Origin: a virus
Length of the DNA stretch: 64,000 bases
Virus record (IMG/VR): IMGVR_UViG_3300047462_000154
Coordinates: 1-64,000 of that record
Direction: 5' to 3' (one strand)
Position numbers and translations under genes: made by a program. The notes under the pieces are model-generated. The model made no database searches, was not told where the DNA came from, and worked only from the letters and a program-made list of their open reading frames with translations. How positions within the stretch are numbered: position 1 is the stretch's first letter; each line of letters begins with the position of its first letter. This document shows, piece after piece, positions 1 to 9,545 of this stretch.

Positions 1-118
1 AGCAAATATACCAAAAGAAGAAATACAAAATATTGATTATAATAAACTATCAAAAAAATTCCCTGATAATGAATTATATAAACAATTAGCTGCTGTTCAA
101 AAAGATGGAAATGCAATT

Positions 119-1297
119 TCATACATTGATGGCACTCTTTACATCATTGCGGGTCGGACCATAGCTTGCGTATTTTACTTTTAAACCAGTTGATTCTTCA
201 ACCAATGCAAAAAATGATTCTGCATTGGAAGTTGTTTTTATATCATTCCAATAATAGCTGAAAATATCTCCAACTTGGTCTAAACAAGTTATCCCAATCA
301 CTGGTTTAATATTATAACCATTGGCTTTTTCTAAATCTGCTTTAATGGTCTTGCCCATCAAATCCAAATCCAAATATCCAAACCTTAAAGATTTTTGCCA
401 CATATTTGGAACGTTCGTTTTATCCTCATATGAAAAATCAGCCTCACGCGGAAATGGTCCAGCGCCATGTCTTGTTGCATAAGCACGAGACATATAAACC
501 ATTTCAACTGGTGTGGTAATGTTTGCTTTATTCAACAAAACAATTGCATTTTCAATACCAGTATTTGATGGTGTAACATGAGGAAAGAATTCATGATGTT
601 GGTCAAGAAGCAAACCTTGTGCTCCCTCAAAAATAATATGTCCTTCATCATATAATTGAAGCATAAAAGTTTCGGAACATTTGTTGGTCAATTGCTCCAT
701 TTGTTTGGCTTTTTGGATATAATCATCCAAAACATTTGGATTGTTCAAACGAACCTTCCATTCTTCAGAAACAGGAATATTAAGTTGCGCTAACCGTCTT
801 GGAACCCAAGCGGTTTGGATATTCTTCAAAAGAAATTCAAAATTGAAATCATTGATTTGACCCATGGTTATTGGATAAAAATCAGAACGTCTAATGGTTT
901 CATTAATACCAATACCACAACTACCATGGCGATTATCACCACGATATTCTTCTGCCATTTGGTTAATCATCATATCCCATGGTGTGGTTAACAATGAATT
1001 GATATCATAATACAATGATGGTTTTTGACTCATATATGTTTTTAAAATATCATATTCTTTAAGAAACAAATATGGATTAGAAATGAAAAAACTAGAAAGA
1101 AGCGTTTTTGCGCCTTTTAAAGTACCACTTCCAAAATGATGAAAAACGTGACGAAAACCATCAGGTGTTTGAACAGTATGCCCGCGTTGTGCACCACCCA
1201 CGTCAAGCACAACAAGAGTTTTATTCGTAGCAAGATAATCGGTAATTAAACCTTTGCCAGAATCACCAAAATTCGCGTCTCGAACAATTGTATGCAT
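119..1297 (-). CDS. purA: Divergent short adenylosuccinate synthetase (PurA-like)
   Basis: GDSGKG P-loop with catalytic Asp, GHTV, RHGSCGIG, FEGAQGLLLD, HVTPSNTG, TCLD motifs. Confidence 0.8.
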   Translation of the reverse strand: MHTIVRDANFGDSGKGLITDYLATNKTLVVLDVGGAQRGHTVQTPDGFRHVFHHFGSGTLKGAKTLLSSFFISNPYLFLKEYDILKTYMSQKPSLYYDINSLLTTPWDMMINQMAEEYRGDNRHGSCGIGINETIRRSDFYPITMGQINDFNFEFLLKNIQTAWVPRRLAQLNIPVSEEWKVRLNNPNVLDDYIQKAKQMEQLTNKCSETFMLQLYDEGHIIFEGAQGLLLDQHHEFFPHVTPSNTGIENAIVLLNKANITTPVEMVYMSRAYATRHGAGPFPREADFSYEDKTNVPNMWQKSLRFGYLDLDLMGKTIKADLEKANGYNIKPVIGITCLDQVGDIFSYYWNDIKTTSNAESFFALVEESTGLKVKYASYGPTRNDVKSAINV

Positions 1298-1348
1298 AAT
1301 AATCTCCTGACAAAGAGATTAAAACTTTAAAATAATTTGTCAAGAAAT

Positions 1349-1717
1349 TTATTGTTTATTTTCTTTAGAAACAGTTATTTCGCAGATTCCAGCATATAAT
1401 TTATCATCTGATAAAATAAATACTTTTTTTGCTGAAACATCATAAAAAGTGTTTTGATTTATTGGAATAGTATTATTTGAAATAATGGTGGCGCATGTTA
1501 AAATATCTCCACCAAAAAGATATTCTATGCCATAATCTTTAGTATAAATTATTTGCATTGTAGAATTTTTTATGTTCGTTTCATAAAATTTTGTAAATGG
1601 TCTACCATTAAAAATTTGATAATTTAAAGCATAATAAAATGAAGTGATTAATAAAATAAAAAGCAAAAATGTTAAAACAATAAATGTTTTTTCGTTATAT
1701 GTTAAACAAATATTCAT
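1349..1717 (-). CDS. Hypothetical membrane-anchored protein
   Basis: N-terminal hydrophobic helix; AAGGA SD upstream. Confidence 0.55.
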   Translation of the reverse strand: MNICLTYNEKTFIVLTFLLFILLITSFYYALNYQIFNGRPFTKFYETNIKNSTMQIIYTKDYGIEYLFGGDILTCATIISNNTIPINQNTFYDVSAKKVFILSDDKLYAGICEITVSKENKQ

Positions 1718-1849
1718 TTCAATATCCTTTACAAGTATTTTCCATATCAGGAAAAATTTTCCAATCGTAATAAGAACTACACATGTTTTCTGTTTAATTT
1801 TTTAATATAGTTTGGTGTGACGGTTTGTATCGTCATAGGTAATTCTTTC

Positions 1850-1884
1850 AAAAAAAATTGGGTGAGATTTCTCCCACCCAATTT
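1850..1884 (-). terminator. Intrinsic terminator after the vWA gene
   Basis: AAATTGGGTG/CACCCAATTT inverted repeat followed by a T-run on the minus strand. Confidence 0.65.
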
Positions 1885-1892
1885 GTTGCATT

Positions 1893-2816
1893 TTAGAAAA
1901 CAGTTACTTCCTTGCTGGCATCAACTGTAGAAGTTTTTGCCAAACTACCCAAGGCGGTTTTCACCACAAGGCTTGTATCGCCAGACCAGGACTTAACAAC
2001 CACGTCTATATCAGCACCTTCATTGACTTGAAGGATTGATACAATCGTTTCGGAAAGTTTTGTGTAATCTGGCAAACGAATTGCGTGTTCGCCAATCAAT
2101 TTCACCCAACGATTCACATGGTCCTCGCGATGAGAACCACCGCGTTCAACCAAGATATGATACACGTTATATTGACGTGATACCAAATCAAAGAGTTGTT
2201 CAGAAGTCATATCCTGATATTCACCAGGACCAAAAACACGTTTCAGTTCTTCAGCACGAAGAATAGCAGGCGGTCCATCATCACCAATAGTGAACAGATA
2301 GCCTTTCTTGCCACGCTTTTCGAAACAATCGATGGATGTTTTCAATGCAGCGAAATACCAAGGCAAAGTATAACTTTCGCTGTTATTACCACCACCACCA
2401 TTTTCAAGATAAATGTTGGTAAGTTGGTCAACAAGAACCACATCAGCTTCATATTGCGAAACTTGCAATGGTACTCTATCGCCTGCTGCAACGTCCCCTA
2501 CGCCGCCGAACATAATGTGGGGGTCTGTGACAGGCTTGCGTGAATAAAGCTCTTTAAACAGCGTTGGAAGCCCGTCTCGTATCATGTAGTCAGAGATACC
2601 ATTCATCGAACCAGTTACATCAAGGTTGATAAAGATGGCTGTTGAATTTGGATTGGCAGGAGAATCGCGTGATTCACGTAAAACAACTTTGGAAGGGTCA
2701 AGTGAATCCTTCAATCCAGTGCTCTTGAAAGCGGCAGCACTACCGCGTGTTGTACCAGCCGTGGCTTTCGTAGTATGAAAGTCCCAATCTGCTGGTGTGG
2801 CGCTGCTATTTCCCAT
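1893..2816 (-). CDS. vWA-domain protein
   Basis: MIDAS-like DVTGSM, GGGGNNSESY, LFTIGDD motifs; more GC-rich than its flanks. Confidence 0.8.
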   Translation of the reverse strand: MGNSSATPADWDFHTTKATAGTTRGSAAAFKSTGLKDSLDPSKVVLRESRDSPANPNSTAIFINLDVTGSMNGISDYMIRDGLPTLFKELYSRKPVTDPHIMFGGVGDVAAGDRVPLQVSQYEADVVLVDQLTNIYLENGGGGNNSESYTLPWYFAALKTSIDCFEKRGKKGYLFTIGDDGPPAILRAEELKRVFGPGEYQDMTSEQLFDLVSRQYNVYHILVERGGSHREDHVNRWVKLIGEHAIRLPDYTKLSETIVSILQVNEGADIDVVVKSWSGDTSLVVKTALGSLAKTSTVDASKEVTVF

Positions 2817-2867
2817 TTTGTATAATCCTTTCTCAAAAGGGGTTGAAATAATATTACGCTTTATTTT

Positions 2868-3914
2868 TTATTTTGGCAAGTGATAAACATCGTCTGCTTT
2901 TAAATTAAAAACAGTAAATTTCCTTTCACCAAAAACTTTTTTTAAATTTTCGTGCCAATCAGAAAAATCTTTTTTTGCTTTACCAGTAGTAATTAATCGT
3001 AACCAATTCACCAATTGAATTGGGTTGTCTTTATTTTTAGACAGATGCAAACCAGTCCCATCACCAAGCAATTCTCTACCCAAAAGTCTGATTAATTCCA
3101 AATCTGTAGAAATATTTGTCATTTTGGATGACAATACTTTTTGTGGCGCATACTTTACAGTTCTCGTGGATTGCAGACGTTTCATTCTTTCGTTGATTGG
3201 ACTTGCATACCACCAGCCACCAATCAAAGACATTTCATGAGTTTCTGGATTAATGAAAACACTATCCATTGAAAACTCATGATGACCATAACCAAGCCAT
3301 TCCAAATAACAGGCGAAGTTATAACATCTGCTTAAAATCCAAGCAGCATGTTTTGGGTCGATTTTTTTATCAAGATGTTCGAATACATCTTTCAAACGAA
3401 TCATATTGGAACATTTTTCAAAAACCATAATGATTTTATCTTTGGTTTCGATAACTTTTTTGATTTTTGGTAGATTTGGTTCGATATTTTTTTGAATGTT
3501 TGGTTCTTCTTTGGGAAATTTAAATTTCCCAATTATTTTAGTTGCATTTTCAACCAAGTCTTTTACATCCTTGGCAAAAACATATGCCACAATTTCCCTA
3601 CCAACATATCCTTTACATATACCAGCATCAAATTCTTTGATGTATCTGATGCGATAAGGTTTGCCATCGATTGCCACAAAATCTAACTGGTTTGGAATTT
3701 GCCATTCGCCAATTTTGATTTTGTTTTTTGCCAAAACGTGTAAAAAATTCAATTGCTTGAATGCTTCTTCGGCTTGTTTTTTATCTGAAGACAAATCAGG
3801 ATGAAATTTTTTCGCAAAAATTTTGTATTCTGCTTCAACCTTATCGGGAGCAGAAAACAATTTTTCTGGAACATCAATTTTCAAAATTGATACCGCATCA
3901 ATCATTTTTGTCAT
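2868..3914 (-). CDS. J-domain protein fused to a degenerate protein-kinase-like domain
   Basis: KKFHPD J-domain motif; C-terminal HAAWI...HHEFSMDSVFINP...GGWWYA kinase-like lobe lacking the canonical Asp residues. Confidence 0.7.
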   Translation of the reverse strand: MTKMIDAVSILKIDVPEKLFSAPDKVEAEYKIFAKKFHPDLSSDKKQAEEAFKQLNFLHVLAKNKIKIGEWQIPNQLDFVAIDGKPYRIRYIKEFDAGICKGYVGREIVAYVFAKDVKDLVENATKIIGKFKFPKEEPNIQKNIEPNLPKIKKVIETKDKIIMVFEKCSNMIRLKDVFEHLDKKIDPKHAAWILSRCYNFACYLEWLGYGHHEFSMDSVFINPETHEMSLIGGWWYASPINERMKRLQSTRTVKYAPQKVLSSKMTNISTDLELIRLLGRELLGDGTGLHLSKNKDNPIQLVNWLRLITTGKAKKDFSDWHENLKKVFGERKFTVFNLKADDVYHLPK

Positions 3915-4135
3915 CCACTGTAACGTTTTTTTCTATTGTATTCCAATCCAAAATTTCTTGATAAATTGGAAAACATCTATCTTCTTCTTTTTTTAAAACA
4001 CGCAATGCTTCATCAATGCCATAAATACAGCCCCAAAAATTGAAGTTAGCAAATCTACTATTTGATTAAGCCGCCATATAGCATGATTTCTTGCGCGACT
4101 TGTTTCTCTTTCTTGTTTGAGTTTTTGTAAATCAA

Positions 4136-4882
4136 TCATTCTGTCAAATCCTCAATTTTCTTTATTTTGTAGTAAAGTTTGGCGATGATATTGACCCAGT
4201 TTTCAACATCAGCATTTGCAACCAATGCTTCTTCACTGGAATTAACATAAAGCGGTATATCATCAATATCAACTTCAAAAATTGCTTCAAACATCATAAC
4301 CAATTCAATCAAATCCAATTCATCGGCACCCAAATGAATCAAATTAGAATTCATATCAAATTTGGTATTTTCTTTTAAATCCAAATGTTCAAAAACAATT
4401 TTCTTCAACAAAAGAAAAACAACAAATTTTGATATATCTGGCGCATCATCGCATTGAAAAAGATAACCAGTATCAGAAATCGTTGCGTAAACTGGTTTAT
4501 TATCAGACATAAAATATCTAATTACTTCATATTTCTCTTCAACCTTCATTACAACCCAAGTTTTGTTTGTAATGAGATGACCTTTAAATGTTTTGTTGTT
4601 ATTGAAACAAAACTCAATAGCATCTTCATACTTATCAAAACGCTTTATATCGTTTTCGTGAATAATTTTTTGAAATTCTGGATGTTCTAACGTTTCTTCC
4701 ACAGCGCGTGTCATACGCAATTGAGTTTCATCCAAAATCTGTTTAATTTCAGACACAACAGGATTGTTTAATACTTTTCCAGTTAAATATTGAATTTTAT
4801 CCAACGTAGAAATAATATGTTCACTAATCTCTGTTTCTGACAATTCCGTATCGAACGTCAAAATAGCTTGAAATCTCTTCAC
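4136..4882 (-). CDS. Protein with C-terminal acyl-carrier-protein-like domain (attachment Ser replaced by Glu)
   Basis: LGADELDLIELVMMFEAIFEVDI versus the ACP consensus LGADSLDxVELVMxxEEEF. Confidence 0.65.
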   Translation of the reverse strand: MKRFQAILTFDTELSETEISEHIISTLDKIQYLTGKVLNNPVVSEIKQILDETQLRMTRAVEETLEHPEFQKIIHENDIKRFDKYEDAIEFCFNNNKTFKGHLITNKTWVVMKVEEKYEVIRYFMSDNKPVYATISDTGYLFQCDDAPDISKFVVFLLLKKIVFEHLDLKENTKFDMNSNLIHLGADELDLIELVMMFEAIFEVDIDDIPLYVNSSEEALVANADVENWVNIIAKLYYKIKKIEDLTE

Positions 4883-4955
4883 CGATTTGTCCTATAAATC
4901 CATCTGGCAAGCATTATATGGCATTAAAATTATTTGTCAAGACAATTTTTATATT

Positions 4956-5264
4956 TTAGCTGTTTGCTACAGATGATAATGCTTGATATAAAAATTCATC
5001 AAGCATTGGATTTACACACAATTTATTATTAATATAAAAGGAAGTATTGAAAATTTTTGAATCAAAATATAATAATTTAAATAATGCATTATCTGATTCT
5101 TTTTTGAATGCTATTTCAAAAAAATAAGGATTATGACGAGTAATGACAATTTCAGAAAAGAAATTTTGAATTTCTTCAAAACATTCTTCTAATTTTTCAT
5201 TTTTTTCAACATAATTAATCCAAATATGCGGATATTCTTGATTTTCTACATAAATGTATTTCAT
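4956..5264 (-). CDS. Small hypothetical protein, FxxxxDxxxFKL paralogue family
   Basis: IAFKKESDNALFKLLYF motif. Confidence 0.6.
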   Translation of the reverse strand: MKYIYVENQEYPHIWINYVEKNEKLEECFEEIQNFFSEIVITRHNPYFFEIAFKKESDNALFKLLYFDSKIFNTSFYINNKLCVNPMLDEFLYQALSSVANS

Positions 5265-5617
5265 TTTTCGAATTTATTTTTTAAACGCAAATATTCTTCT
5301 TTTTCTCTTTGTTCTTTTTTTGTTTTTAATTCTTTATTGTATTTTTCTAATTCTATTTTGTTTTCATAAAGCAATCTCAATCTTTCTAAATATTCATCAT
5401 CTGTTTCAACTGTTTTAATATAAATATTTATTTCATCATAAAACGTGTTAATATGAATATTTCCCGTTGGATATTTTTCATAAAGTTCTTTTAAAGAATA
5501 AATTTTATCATAACTCAATTCTTCTTTTTTTGTGTCCAAACGCGGATTCTTTTTCATAAAAGAAGATAATTGTTTATTAGTTTCCCATTCGTCCAAAGAA
5601 GCTGTTTTATAATCCAT
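5261..5617 (-). CDS. Hypothetical protein
   Basis: ORF; start placed at MDYKT behind an AAGGA SD. Confidence 0.55.
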   Translation of the reverse strand: MDYKTASLDEWETNKQLSSFMKKNPRLDTKKEELSYDKIYSLKELYEKYPTGNIHINTFYDEINIYIKTVETDDEYLERLRLLYENKIELEKYNKELKTKKEQREKEEYLRLKNKFEK

Positions 5618-5690
5618 ATCAAAAATCCTTTCGATAATGACTATATACAAAAATAAAGTTATACACAAGTTGTAAGTTTAACTACTTAAA

Positions 5691-6182
5691 TTATAGTGGT
5701 TCCCAATTATGTCCATTCCAAATTTCAATAAAGTTAGGTGGAACGATGTGTTCAACATAAACAGCAGTATCATCTAATGTATCTTGTTTAACATCTTTTA
5801 AAACATCTCTTTTTACTCTTAATAACACATAATTTTTGTTATTTCTTAATCCATAAAATTCAGCATTTTCAATTTTTTTTGTAAAAAAAACACGTCCAAT
5901 AGAATTATATTTTGCAGCATTACCTCGCCTATTATTGGTTGATGGTATTAATCCCATTTGTTTAATGCTATTAAGGTTTTTTTTGCCAGTACCATGATAA
6001 AAATATTCATCATCATTTATAGGTATTGGATAATATTTGTCTTTGTTTAAGATTGCTTCTTTATATAATTTATCAATTTCTTCTTTTGATAATTCCATAA
6101 TATTTATTTTATGTTTTTTACAATAAGCCAAAAATATACGGTCTTCATCATAATTTTCAAAAATTATTTCAATATATCTCAT
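5691..6182 (-). CDS. ADP-ribosyltransferase-fold protein (Tpt1/KptA-like) with N-terminal tag MRYIEIIFE
   Basis: FYHGT...IKQMGLIPS...VFFT...AEFYG...VLLRV...VPPNFIE. Confidence 0.65.
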   Translation of the reverse strand: MRYIEIIFENYDEDRIFLAYCKKHKINIMELSKEEIDKLYKEAILNKDKYYPIPINDDEYFYHGTGKKNLNSIKQMGLIPSTNNRRGNAAKYNSIGRVFFTKKIENAEFYGLRNNKNYVLLRVKRDVLKDVKQDTLDDTAVYVEHIVPPNFIEIWNGHNWEPL

Positions 6183-7006
6183 AAAATACCTTTATATTGC
6201 TGATAATTTTTGATAACCCATTCAACCACTTTTTCAAAATAATCATTGTGAAATACAGGTTCTCCTGCGCGATTTCCTCTTTTAGCAATAACTTGCCATA
6301 TTCCACCATCATTGTTTAGATAAACAATATTTTGTGGTTTAATATGTTCTCCAAAAAATACAATTTGCGTTTCTTCATCACCATAATGAAAACATGGCAC
6401 ACCACTACTTTGAAACATAACACAATTTTTGCCATATTTTGGAGAACCATGATGATAATTACTGGCAATTCTTGCATCTCTTGATGTTGCAATAAATGCA
6501 AAATTATATCCACCCCAAGATTTCTCTATATCGCCCAAATAATTAGTTAAACCAAGTCTTTGATAATTTTCAACACCTTTGGTAAAACCTTCTAATGATA
6601 TTTGTTTTGCATGGTCAGAAAAATGACACAACCATGTATCACTTTTTAATCTTTTTCCTTCTAATGACATATGCAAATATGTAGGAGCATTTGAAGGGTC
6701 ATTTGTTAATAATTCGTCTAAACACCAAGAGGCACATTTTTCTTTAAATTCTTTTGGAAGTTTTTCATATATTTCAGCAACGGTTTCGCCATCTTCTTCT
6801 TCTTTAAATTCTTCAAAATTTTTATATTTTGTTTTGAATTTTGCATTGAATTTGTTTATGTTTCTACCAAATTCTCTTTCCATCCAACAGGCAACATCAT
6901 ATGCATTATTATGAGCATCAAAAACAGAAGTCGTATCTTTTTTTGCATCATTCATGTAATTGTAAAAATGACCATTTTCTTGTGAATATATTTCAAAAAT
7001 TCTCAT
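6179..7006 (-). CDS. Putative ART-fold protein, paralogue of 7003-7812; tag MRIFEIY
   Basis: WLCHFSD..GF..YNFAF..YG..MFQSSG..DEETQ shared with the neighbour; start moved to the ATG overlapping the upstream TGA. Confidence 0.55.
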   Translation of the reverse strand: MRIFEIYSQENGHFYNYMNDAKKDTTSVFDAHNNAYDVACWMEREFGRNINKFNAKFKTKYKNFEEFKEEEDGETVAEIYEKLPKEFKEKCASWCLDELLTNDPSNAPTYLHMSLEGKRLKSDTWLCHFSDHAKQISLEGFTKGVENYQRLGLTNYLGDIEKSWGGYNFAFIATSRDARIASNYHHGSPKYGKNCVMFQSSGVPCFHYGDEETQIVFFGEHIKPQNIVYLNNDGGIWQVIAKRGNRAGEPVFHNDYFEKVVEWVIKNYQQYKGIL

Positions 7007-7812
7007 AATACGCCTCGATATTGCTGATGATTGTTTTCTACCCAAGAAACAACTTTTGAAATATTTTCATCATGATATAAAATGTTTTTATTTTTCCTTG
7101 AAACAATACACCAAGTTTGTTCAATAAAGTAAAGCAAAATAATATCTCTTGGATTTATTGAATTTCCAGAAAAAATAATTTGTGTTTCGTGGTCTTTCCA
7201 AGAATAAACTTTAATTCCAGATGATTGAAACATCAATGCATGTTCACCATAATTACCACTTCTTGCCGCCCAATTAACTTCTGGGGAATTTGCAATAAAA
7301 GCAAAATTATATCCTTGTTCTGGAGTAATTTCTGTTTTGTTATGAGCATAAACACTTATGCCTATTTTTGATAAATCCTTAATACCTTGTTTAAATCCAT
7401 GTCGCCAAACTTCTAAAGGCTTATCAGTAAAATGTATTAACCAAGATGATCTTGGTATTTTATTATTTAATTCAACAAAAAAATTTGGATGTACTGATTC
7501 AACTTCTTCATCTTTATGTTTGTCTTTGCAAAATTCTTTACATTTTTCTTTTAAATTTTCTGGAAGATGTTCAAATATTTCTAAAAAATGTTCAGAATTA
7601 TGAGTATCTAATGCTTCTCTCATTTCGTGAAAATTATTATATTTAAAATTTAAATGCAAATCATAGTTCATTCTGGAAATACTACCATGATAATAAAATT
7701 CTAACCAATCAACTATGTAATAAGCATAATCATAAGGATTGAATGCAACATCATTTTTAAAATGATTATATATTTTAGCATTATCTTTTGAATAAATTTC
7801 ATTAATTTTCAT
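7003..7812 (-). CDS. Putative ART-fold protein, paralogue of 6179-7006; tag MKINEIY
   Basis: WLIHFTD..GF..YNFAF..DHETQ; TATAAATA 5 nt upstream of ATG 7812. Confidence 0.55.
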   Translation of the reverse strand: MKINEIYSKDNAKIYNHFKNDVAFNPYDYAYYIVDWLEFYYHGSISRMNYDLHLNFKYNNFHEMREALDTHNSEHFLEIFEHLPENLKEKCKEFCKDKHKDEEVESVHPNFFVELNNKIPRSSWLIHFTDKPLEVWRHGFKQGIKDLSKIGISVYAHNKTEITPEQGYNFAFIANSPEVNWAARSGNYGEHALMFQSSGIKVYSWKDHETQIIFSGNSINPRDIILLYFIEQTWCIVSRKNKNILYHDENISKVVSWVENNHQQYRGVL

Positions 7813-7817
7813 GTATC

Positions 7818-7825
7818 TATTTATA
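7818..7825 (-). promoter_or_regulatory. T4-late-like promoter TATAAATA
   Basis: Exact TATAAATA on the minus strand, 5 nt before the ATG. Confidence 0.7.
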
Positions 7826-7861
7826 TTGATTTTATTATATTTTTTGTTTATAATAAACTCC

Positions 7862-8092
7862 ATGATATATTGTATTTTCGGCTATAATCCAATCACAGAT
7901 GAATTAGAATATGAATTTGCCATTCCTGATGAAATGACAAAAAGAATTTTGGAAATTATTGGAACGGATTATGATTGTGTGCACGATTATAATTTGACAA
8001 AACTTACTTTGGAATCAATTTATTATGCATTAGTAAAATTTGGATTTAAAATTAATCCAGATTTTGAATATCAAATTGGTCCAATTAATTAA
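7862..8092 (+). CDS. Hypothetical protein
   Basis: ORF starting MIYCIFGY. Confidence 0.45.
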   Translation: MIYCIFGYNPITDELEYEFAIPDEMTKRILEIIGTDYDCVHDYNLTKLTLESIYYALVKFGFKINPDFEYQIGPIN

Positions 8093-8240
8093 TGTCACGA
8101 TATCATGAAGATTCAGAAGAAGCAAGAATATTAATGCAGAGAAAACAAAAACAAGATGAATTAAATAAAATAAATATTGAAAAGCCATTAATAATAATTG
8201 GATGGTTATTTACATTTTTTTTCTTATGGATATGTTTTCA

Positions 8241-8768
8241 TTGACTTGTATAGTTGGATTAGTCAAAAACGGCAAAATAGTAATGGGTGCAGATTGTTGT
8301 GCTGCTGATGAAGATTCATTTATTGTTGCTAAAAATACAAAAATTTTTAGAAAAAAAGGCATGATTATAGGCTGTGCTGACAGTTTTAGAGTAATTAACA
8401 TAATTAATTATATGTTTGTACCGCCAGATTTAACACCTAATTATTTTGAATATATGATTGTTTCGTTTGTTCCAGAATTACAAAAATCATTAGAAAAAAA
8501 CAAAGTAGATTGTGCACATGATGATTTTGGTATGAATCTTTTGGTTGGTATTGATGATATGTTATTTGAAATTCAATCAGATTTTTCCATTACTTTTGTG
8601 CCATCATGGGGAACAGCAATAGGTTCTGGTGGAAATACAGCAAGAGGAAGCTTGTTCACAACCAAAGATATGAAATTATCTGGTTCACAAAAGGTATTAA
8701 AAGCTTTAGAAGCAGCAGAGGCATGCATCTTGAATGTCAAAGGACCGTTTGAAATACTGGAAAACTAA
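8241..8768 (+). CDS. HslV/proteasome-beta-like Ntn protease
   Basis: TTG start gives N-terminal (M)TCIVG with the Thr1 nucleophile; MGAD, KIF, AIGSGG motifs. Confidence 0.75.
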   Translation: MTCIVGLVKNGKIVMGADCCAADEDSFIVAKNTKIFRKKGMIIGCADSFRVINIINYMFVPPDLTPNYFEYMIVSFVPELQKSLEKNKVDCAHDDFGMNLLVGIDDMLFEIQSDFSITFVPSWGTAIGSGGNTARGSLFTTKDMKLSGSQKVLKALEAAEACILNVKGPFEILEN

Positions 8769-9111
8769 TGGAACGATATTTTAATGATGATTATTATGCT
8801 ATAAAAATAAGTAAAAATTTTATAAATGGTTTACACTATAAAAATTCATTTTATGGTATATTTGTTTTCCTGGTCAAGTAAAATTAACAGTAAAAAATCA
8901 AAAAACAAATGAAGTAAAAAAACCAAAAATTCATAAATTGCTAAGAGATATAGATTTAAAAAGATTAGATTGGGATAAGAAAGATATTGAAGATTTGCCA
9001 GTTTTCTTAAGTTATTATACAAGATTTTTTCTTGAAATAGATTGTCAAGAAGCAGAAAAACAAAATCCTGATATTACTTTTCGAAGAACAATGAGCAAAT
9101 TATTGAAGTAA

Positions 9112-9195
9112 TGGTGAGGAAGGAAGGAATTTGCACCTTCACAAAATTAATGGCTGTTTTACAGACAGTTAGGCTCACTCGTGCCCAGCTTCCCC
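9112..9195 (-). tRNA. tRNA-Tyr(GUA), atypical T-loop
   Basis: GGGGAAG/CTTCCTC acceptor stem, loop CTGTAAA, long variable region, GAAGG-TGCAAATT-CCTTC T arm, encoded ACCA. Confidence 0.75.
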
Positions 9196-9205
9196 AAAAA
9201 TTAAA

Positions 9206-9281
9206 TGGTGCAAGGGAGTGGAATCGAACCACTGACACTCGTAACTTCAATACGATGCTCTACCAACTGAGCTACCCTTGC
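9206..9281 (-). tRNA. tRNA-Phe(GAA)
   Basis: Canonical 76-nt cloverleaf, loop TTGAAGT, TTCGATT T-loop, ACCA end. Confidence 0.92.
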
Positions 9282-9302
9282 ATTGTTGCTGTATTTTTTG
9301 TT

Positions 9303-9378
9303 TGGTGAGAGTGGAAAAGATTTGAACTTTCAACCTTCGAGTTTGGAATCCGACGCTCTACCGTTGAGCTACACTCCC
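9303..9378 (-). tRNA. tRNA-Trp(CCA)
   Basis: GGGAGTG/CACTCTC acceptor stem, loop TTCCAAA, TTCAAAT T-loop, ACCA end. Confidence 0.88.
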
Positions 9379-9413
9379 AAAACAAAAAACCCGCTCGGCA
9401 ATCGCCAGCGGGC
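9379..9413 (-). terminator. Intrinsic terminator (attenuator 3:4 hairpin) immediately 5' of tRNA-Trp
   Basis: GCCCGCTGGC-GATT-GCC(G)AGCGGGT followed by TTTTTGTTTT. Confidence 0.8.
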
Positions 9414-9440
9414 TATTAAAATTCAAATTTTAAGAGAATA

Positions 9441-9539
9441 TTATCCCCCAAAACCCTCATGATTTGCCCAGCCAGCAGCATTGCCGCAAGTATATCGCGT
9501 GCTTGTAAATCGCCAGAAAAGGGCAGTTTGAGTGTTCAT
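9441..9539 (-). CDS. 32-aa leader peptide MNTQTALFWRFTSTRYTCGNAAGWANHEGFGG (putative attenuator leader)
   Basis: ATG 6 nt after TAAATA, like other late genes; GC-rich; 3 Phe, 2 Trp and 1 Tyr codons; pairs with the downstream terminator; below the ORF-track cutoff. Confidence 0.7.
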   Translation of the reverse strand: MNTQTALFWRFTSTRYTCGNAAGWANHEGFGG

Positions 9540-9545
9540 AAATAC

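Noticed and set aside
119-1297. PurZ (2-aminoadenine, Z-genome pathway)
   Set aside because: The catalytic Asp of GDxGKG is retained (PurZ replaces it), and no datZ/mazZ-like neighbours are seen in the window
9111-9308. 65-aa plus-strand ORF (also 16765-17063 minus-strand ORFs)
   Set aside because: They overlap tRNA genes and are spurious
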